Origin: Paraspadella gotoi
Lineage: Eukaryota; Animalia; Chaetognatha
Direction of reading: 5' to 3'
Length of the DNA stretch: 57,942 nt
NCBI GenBank assembly: GCA_051294375.1
Contig: CM119264.1
Coordinates: 22,534,836 to 22,592,777, forward strand
In this document: piece after piece, positions 52,166 to 57,942 of the stretch
Layout of the letters: each line of letters begins with the position of its first letter
Numbering within the stretch: the stretch's first letter is position 1
Made by a program: the position numbers and the translations under genes
The notes under the pieces: generated by a model
Told to the model about the DNA's origin: nothing
The model's input: only the letters and a program-made list of their open reading frames with translations
The model's database searches: none

Positions 52166-52452
52166 NNNNNNNNNNNNNNNNNNNNNNNNNNNNNNNNNNN
52201 NNNNNNNNNNNNNNNNNNNNNNNNNNNNNNNNNNNNNNNNNNNNNNNNNNNNNNTAAACCATACTTCCGCTATGTGTTTGTAAACTTAATTACTAGAAAG
52301 AATGAAACATTCTCTTCAATTTTAAAAAAGTGAGTCTGCCTTGAAACAAAACGGACAAAGGCCAAAACCCAAATAGGGAAAAGGGAAAAAGCCAAAAGGG
52401 GAAAAACCTGAAAAACGAGATTGCGGAAAGTGAGGTGAACAAATTGGCGAAA

Positions 52453-52501
<49 letters not shown>

Positions 52502-53735
52502 CCACTTTCTCTCTTTCTGTCGGAGTCGGAAAAGATTTTTCTATCGAGGTGTCAAATTTGACGAGCGCAAGAAAAAAGTCGGAAGTCGAGGCTCTTTTTG
52601 CTCATTTTTGCTTCTATTGGATTCCGTGGCGGCGCCAGGCGGGAAAACGGCGAAACGAAGGAGGAGAAACAAAATGACAACGGAGAGAAAAGGAGCAAAA
52701 AAAAAGTTAGCGGGAAGTGAGATTGAAAGTGCCCACCGCCTTTGGCGAATTTTGGCAAGTGTGTCCGTAAATCGGGGTTTTGTTAACATTTTATAAATAT
52801 TCTCAATACGTTACGACCTCGCCATTCGACTAGGTCTACTCATCCTCGCACCCTCTCTCGCCAATTCATGCCACCCCGAGCTCTCCCTCCCTCGCCCTTT
52901 CTCATTCTTTGACTCGGGAGTCTTTGCCAAAATCAATGTTAACCAACGATGAACTGAGTACAAGTCTTTTTTCTCCTCACGATCTGCCGCTCAAAAAAAA
53001 GTTCCCTTCGATCGCTTGTAATAAAGTTTTAAAGTTAAAAATATTCTTTTAATATCGATAAGTAGAACATAACTGAAATTTTTGCTGTTTTTGTAATGTA
53101 GATATAAGATATAAAAAAGTAACGAAGCTTAATATATCTCCTGCGCGACCAATTGGGCTCGATTCGCTCGTTTTTATTGTCTGGCGTTTCTTTTTCTTTT
53201 CGCTTCTGTTTTTTTATTTGGCTTATGCTATTAATGTGCTTTCTGTCCTCGCACTACTTCGTCGTCGTCGTCGTCGTATTCGTTGTCATCGTCGACGCCG
53301 CCTCATCTCACAGCCAAAAATTTCGTCGAATTTGTCGATATAGAAATAAATAAATGATACAAGAAAAAATTCGAGATAAAATCTTTTTATCCTTCCGTAC
53401 GCCTTTTGTTTTTTCAGAAAACATTCGAAACGAGAAGGAAAGCGAAGACGATAATTTTTAGTGGGTAATTTTTTGTAAAAAAAAAAAGAGCAATGGGAAA
53501 GGCGGGTTACGAAAATGATCTAATCCGAATAAGATGTTTTACTTGTGGATATATATACGAAAATATTAACATCTCGATCTCTGTACACAGCCGCCGGCAC
53601 TGTCGCCACTGCCGCTCCGTCGGTAACAGCTGTTTCTCTTTAATGATGTAATCGCCGAATGGGCAAAAATTCGAGCAGAGATGCGAATGTAAATCCTTTC
53701 TTCATCGCCGCCGCTTACACTCCACTACCAATTTA

Positions 53736-53788
<53 letters not shown>

Positions 53789-53865
53789 CTTTGCCATGTT
53801 CCACGACTCTTTTTAACGTCCGACTTGGCATTTCAACTTTGGCGTTAGAAAGTAAATAGAAAGAA

Positions 53866-53909
<44 letters not shown>

Positions 53910-54608
53910 GATTAAAGAACGAAGTGTGAAGGAGATAATCGTTTTCATCCTACAGCGATGGATATTACGAGTTATAATATAAATGGTCGACGCTATAAAG
54001 ATCATTGCTTCGTCAAGAAACGAAAAAGAAAAAAGAAAAAACCAAAAGAGCAAAAAAGAACCAAAAATAAGAAAAAAAAACCAAAAAAAATAAAAAAACA
54101 CCAAAACGCATCAAGCAAAAACTAATCGTAAAAGGATCGCTCTTCATCCAATAAGCGCCCGCAAAGAAAGGAGAATAAAAAGAAAAAAATAACAGAACAA
54201 ATTTCTATAAAAAGTAAAATTATTATTTTTGGAAAAAATAACAGAAGGAATTTTTCTTCGTTTAATATTTTCATTGTTAAAAGCGTTTGATCGCATCGTC
54301 TCTATCTCATTTTTTATTTTCTCCGCATTCATTTCTAATTCTCTTTTTCTCTGACTCTCTGTTTTAAATTGATTCAAACCTTTTGTCCTATTGAATTCAA
54401 GCCAAAAGGATGAAAATTTAAAGAAAATAACAATGTTAGCATTAAAACTACAAAAAAGAAACTTCCATTAACAGATAACAATCGATCGAAGACGATTTAA
54501 AATCCCACGAACTCTTTGACGACGCCAATTTCGACGACGACGACAACGACGACGACGACCACAGCGTCATCAGCTACTCCGTAGAGGAGCTCATCCACGA
54601 CTCGATCC

Positions 54609-54698
54609 ATGAGGCGTTCCTCCATGATGCAGATGCAGCTGCCCACAACTTCGTCCACTCCCGCCAACTCCTGCCCCGCCGCCAGCGACGCAAATCAG
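54609..54698 (+). other. Candidate upstream exon portion of the LMO gene (ATG-initiated 30 codons, MRRSSMMQMQLPTT...DANQ)
   Basis: GC-rich block ending at donor CAG|GTAGGG; in-frame upstream TAG; coding status unresolved. Confidence 0.4.
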
Positions 54699-54882
54699 GT
54701 AGGGCGCGAGTTTTTGCCACAACCATGAAAACTTTTTTAATCTCTTTATTTAAGTTTTATTTTTTAGAATTTAATATCCCACCATTAAAAATTAACAAAT
54801 CTCGCCTACCCTCCTGACTCGTCAGATTTATCATTAGATTTATTTAACTTACCTTCTCATGTTTCGACCTCACCTCTTCCAG

Positions 54883-54967
54883 GGTCACCACCGTCCGGGA
54901 ATTCCACTTAAACTCCCTCCCAAGTGCCTGACTCACACTCGCGCCGACTCATTGCCACCCCCCACAA
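54883..54967 (+). other. Candidate 85-nt internal exon of the LMO gene
   Basis: Polypyrimidine acceptor CACCTCTTCCAG| and strong donor AA|GTAAGT; open in phase 0 (GHHRPGIPLKLPPKCLTHTRADSLPPPT). Confidence 0.5.
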
Positions 54968-55303
54968 GTAAGTCGCTTCAACCCTCATAAATGTCATAAC
55001 TACATACTGTATGTCACAAACCTCCACTTAAAACCGCCAACCTATCATTATTCGTGATGATGAGAAGCTTTTTGAAAAATCTTTTTTTCAATTTTGGAAT
55101 TTGAATTAACTTATTTAATTCAAAAAACGCTATTTTAAACTTTTTTATAAATATTGGATGTATTTCCATCGTTCTATTTTTATCTTCTCCTTTTACAGTT
55201 GGTTAAGCTTATTTAAACTTTGTTACACAATAAACTCTGATACGAATAAAAATACACATTTCTCAACTCCTATTTTAACCTTCTCCCTTCCGCCCTTCAA
55301 AAG

Positions 55304-55586
55304 CTCTGCCACCGGAACCGTTTCCCCCGCCTCTTCATCCTCCTCGTCGTCTTCTTCCTCGTCCTCTTCCTCTTCTTCCACGACCAAGACCTCCTCCCCT
55401 TCTCCCCCATCGGCGCCTTTCTCTCCCCCTCGTTCGTCGGCACCGCACGATCCCAATTCCGGCTCCGCGATGCACGGCACCTCGCCCGTCTCGCACCTCG
55501 GCGGCGCCAATGGACCCCCGGCGCCACCGGGGCCGGTCGTCTGCGCCGGATGTCATAAGAGCATCGCCGACAAGTTTTTGCTTCAG
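55304..55586 (+). CDS. LMO1/3 (Bx): LIM-only protein (LMO1/LMO3/Beadex type) exon: Ser/Pro-rich N-terminus and start of LIM1 (CAGCHKSIADKFLLQ); translation may start at ATG 55470
   Basis: CAGC..I.D.FLL motif; donor CAG|GTAAAA at 55587, phase 0. The 5' boundary is uncertain: candidate acceptor AAAG| at 55302-55303, or start at MHGTSP 55470. Confidence 0.85.
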
Positions 55587-55602
55587 GTAAAAGGGAAGGA
55601 AT

Positions 55603-55674
55603 AAATGAATGAATGAATGAATGAATGAATGAATGAATGAATGAATGAATGAATGAATGAATGAATGAATGAAT
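55603..55674 (+). repeat. (GAAT)n microsatellite in the 215-nt intron splitting LIM1
   Basis: Directly visible. Confidence 0.95.
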
Positions 55675-55801
55675 GTGGTATTGTGTCTCAATGGTACTGT
55701 CGGTTAACTTTTACATATTGTGCGGAACTGTGTTCTTAAATCTTATTTCTGAGATAACAATGACAAAGATATTTCCCCTTATTGAATTATTGATTCCTCA
55801 G

Positions 55802-55926
55802 GCGTTGGACCAACATTGGCACGAGGATTGCCTAAAATGTACCTGCTGTGATTGTCGATTGGGCGAAGTCGGTTCCACCCTCTACACGAAAGCCAACCTC
55901 ATCCTTTGCAAAAGAGATTATTTGAG
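55802..55926 (+). CDS. LMO1/3 (Bx): LIM-only protein exon completing LIM1 ([42 protein letters not shown])
   Basis: Near-identical to the [35 protein letters not shown] block of vertebrate LMO1/LMO3 and Drosophila Beadex; acceptor TTCCTCAG| and donor AG|GTAAGT, phase 2. The LIM2 exon is not in the window. Confidence 0.95.
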
Positions 55927-56409
55927 GTAAGTTCGAGAAAGATTCAGGAGTAGGATAATTTTTTTAAAAAGAATAGTTTAAATAAATAATATTCATTGTA
56001 CATTGTACAATTACACATAGGATTGATTAGCGTAATTTTTTTCATATAAATTTTCACAAACAAATATTTAAATTACCTACAAATAAAAACAATTCTTTCC
56101 AAACATCCTAAATAACAGAAAAGAATGTTTGACGACAGAAATGGGAAAAGTTAAGATTAAATAAAATCTAATTAAACGGCTTCGCTTTTGCATCACGTTG
56201 CTTTATTACTATTATGAATAGAAATCAGAGGCGTAACAATGTCATAAATAAAGTGGGACAAATTCCATCGGAGCAATAAAATCGGGTTATGTTTCATCAC
56301 CGCGACTTTCGGGAAATATGATATCGAAATGGAAGCGATTTTCCGGGATTCGCGTCGCCGGCGAGACTCAGCTGCTTTCCTCGTTGCTTTCAGATGCGAA
56401 AAGCCGCGA

Positions 56410-56655
56410 AAAGCCAATCGGGGAAAGTAAATCGGTTACGGATAAGCAAAGCCAATCGGGGAAAGTGAATCGGTTACAGATAAGCAAAGCCAATCGGGGA
56501 AAGTGAATCGGTTACAGATAAGCAAAGCCAATCGGGGAAAGTGAATCGGTTACAGATAAGCAAAGCCAATCGGGGAAAGTGAATCGGTTACGGATAAGCA
56601 AAGCCAATCGGGGAAAGTGAATCGGTTACAGATAAGCAAAGCCAATCGGGGAAAG
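56410..56655 (+). repeat. 38-bp minisatellite, six full copies plus a partial (AAAGCCAATCGGGGAAAGTGAATCGGTTACAGATAAGC), in an LMO intron
   Basis: Head-to-tail, near-perfect units with only occasional A/G variants; no spacers. Confidence 0.95.
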
Positions 56656-57157
56656 ATATGGCTATCAATTAATGACAGACGTAAGGTATAAATAACTTTA
56701 TAGACTTATTGTAACTTTATAAAGACTTGTTATGACTTATAAAAAAAATTAAATTAAACACAGCCGGAGGAGTAGTTTCAATTCCTAGGTTTTAACGACC
56801 TCCAAGTTAAACTATGAACAGACTAAGAACAGACTAACTAACTAACTAACTAACTATTCATGAAGTTTGGTCCAATTGTCATCTCTACCGTGATTAAGAA
56901 AAAACAATGAGCCCGACACAACTGACGGTCAAGGCAATTAATCTAACAGCGATATCTGAGCGCAAACAGGTCGATTGCGTCGGCGACTGCGTCGGCGACT
57001 GCGTCGGCGTCCCGTCGTCTGCCCCGGCGTCCGACTTTGCCCGTCCCTGGATTTTAATTGGACATGGAGTAATTGGACAGCGACGGGCACTAATTGCTTC
57101 GACGCTGATGAAATCCAGGACGAGGCTGAGAGAGAGAGAGAGAAGAGGAGAGAGAGA

Positions 57158-57213
<56 letters not shown>

Positions 57214-57942
57214 GTATGGATGGTTTTTAAGGGGAGGATGGAGGAGAAAGGCGGAGGGATACTGGATTGGAAGTAGAAACGATCGACGGAATCAAGAGAA
57301 GAGAAAAAGAGGAGGAAAAACGATTTGAGAAAAGAAAAAGAGGATTGGCCGATGGAGGAATTGAGATGAAAAGAATGAAGAGAAGTAGAAAAAGAAATGG
57401 AAGGAAAAAAACTAATCGCTTTCTCTCTCTCGCTCTCGCTCTCTCGCTCTCTCGCTCTCTCGCTCTCGTCTTTCCCTGATTGGCTACTCATCATTTATTG
57501 GCCGTCGTTCATTTTCAAGGAGAGACGTTTTAAAACCTCAAGACGTGAAAATGAAAATTTGACGTTAAAGCGAAGCAGACGCGGCTGACGGAACCAGTGT
57601 AGAGGAATTTATTCGCAATGCCGCGACAGAGAGAGAGAGAGAGAGGGGGGGGGGAGAGGATGAGCATGCCATTCATCCTTTTTTTAAATTACGAAGCGTA
57701 AATTTTTTGCAACGATATTCTTTTGGTACTACCTTTATTCTTTATTTATGTAAATCTATGTATATATTGTATATCTATGTCTGTTTTGGTCCCTTTCTCT
57801 TTTCCTACCATCTTCTCTCTTTTTTTCTTGACTTTGAAATCGTGAATTTTCCTCAGTCCTCCAGCCCCCTCAACAATCTTTACAATCACATCTTTCTCCG
57901 CAGTCACTCATCTATCCCCATATCCCACTTTTATATCCTTAC

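Noticed and set aside
54479-54698. Acidic protein-like frame (FDDDDNDDDDHSVISYSVEELIHDSIHEAFLHD...)
   Set aside because: No ATG after the upstream TAA, and it reaches a stop early in the next candidate exon.
56410-56655. CRISPR-like array (38-bp repeats)
   Set aside because: Units are head-to-tail with no unique spacers, there are no cas genes, and the context is a eukaryotic intron.

Overview
Eukaryotic, probably invertebrate animal, genomic scaffold. It is AT-rich, dense in (GA)n/(CT)n and (CGA)n microsatellites, not visibly CpG-depleted, and has many N gaps. Two spliced genes can be supported. (1) On the + strand, the first LIM domain of an LMO1/LMO3/Beadex-type LIM-only protein (exons ~55304/55470-55586 and 55802-55926; the remainder lies beyond the window). 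(2) On the - strand, a complete three-exon gene not visible as one ORF (20525-20399, 16839-16721, 16597-16127), encoding a 238-aa protein with four hydrophobic segments that tentatively resembles TMEM221/Jiraiya. Its first intron is almost entirely a 3.4-kb non-autonomous long-TIR DNA transposon with a target-site duplication. Much of the rest is duplicated sequence around exact 25-N gaps: inverted pairs 1-1945/1971-3935, 4920-5867/13330-14600 and 29175-35524/36242-45235, and direct pairs 6282-7520/9050-11250 and 25478-26102/26130-26780. These look mostly like long-read gap-filling artefacts. However, the largest pair differs by a clean 1.85-kb TA-flanked transposon insertion, so its arms derive from different alleles or copies. 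No prokaryotic system, CRISPR array or rRNA is supported, and I found no convincing wholly new biological system.
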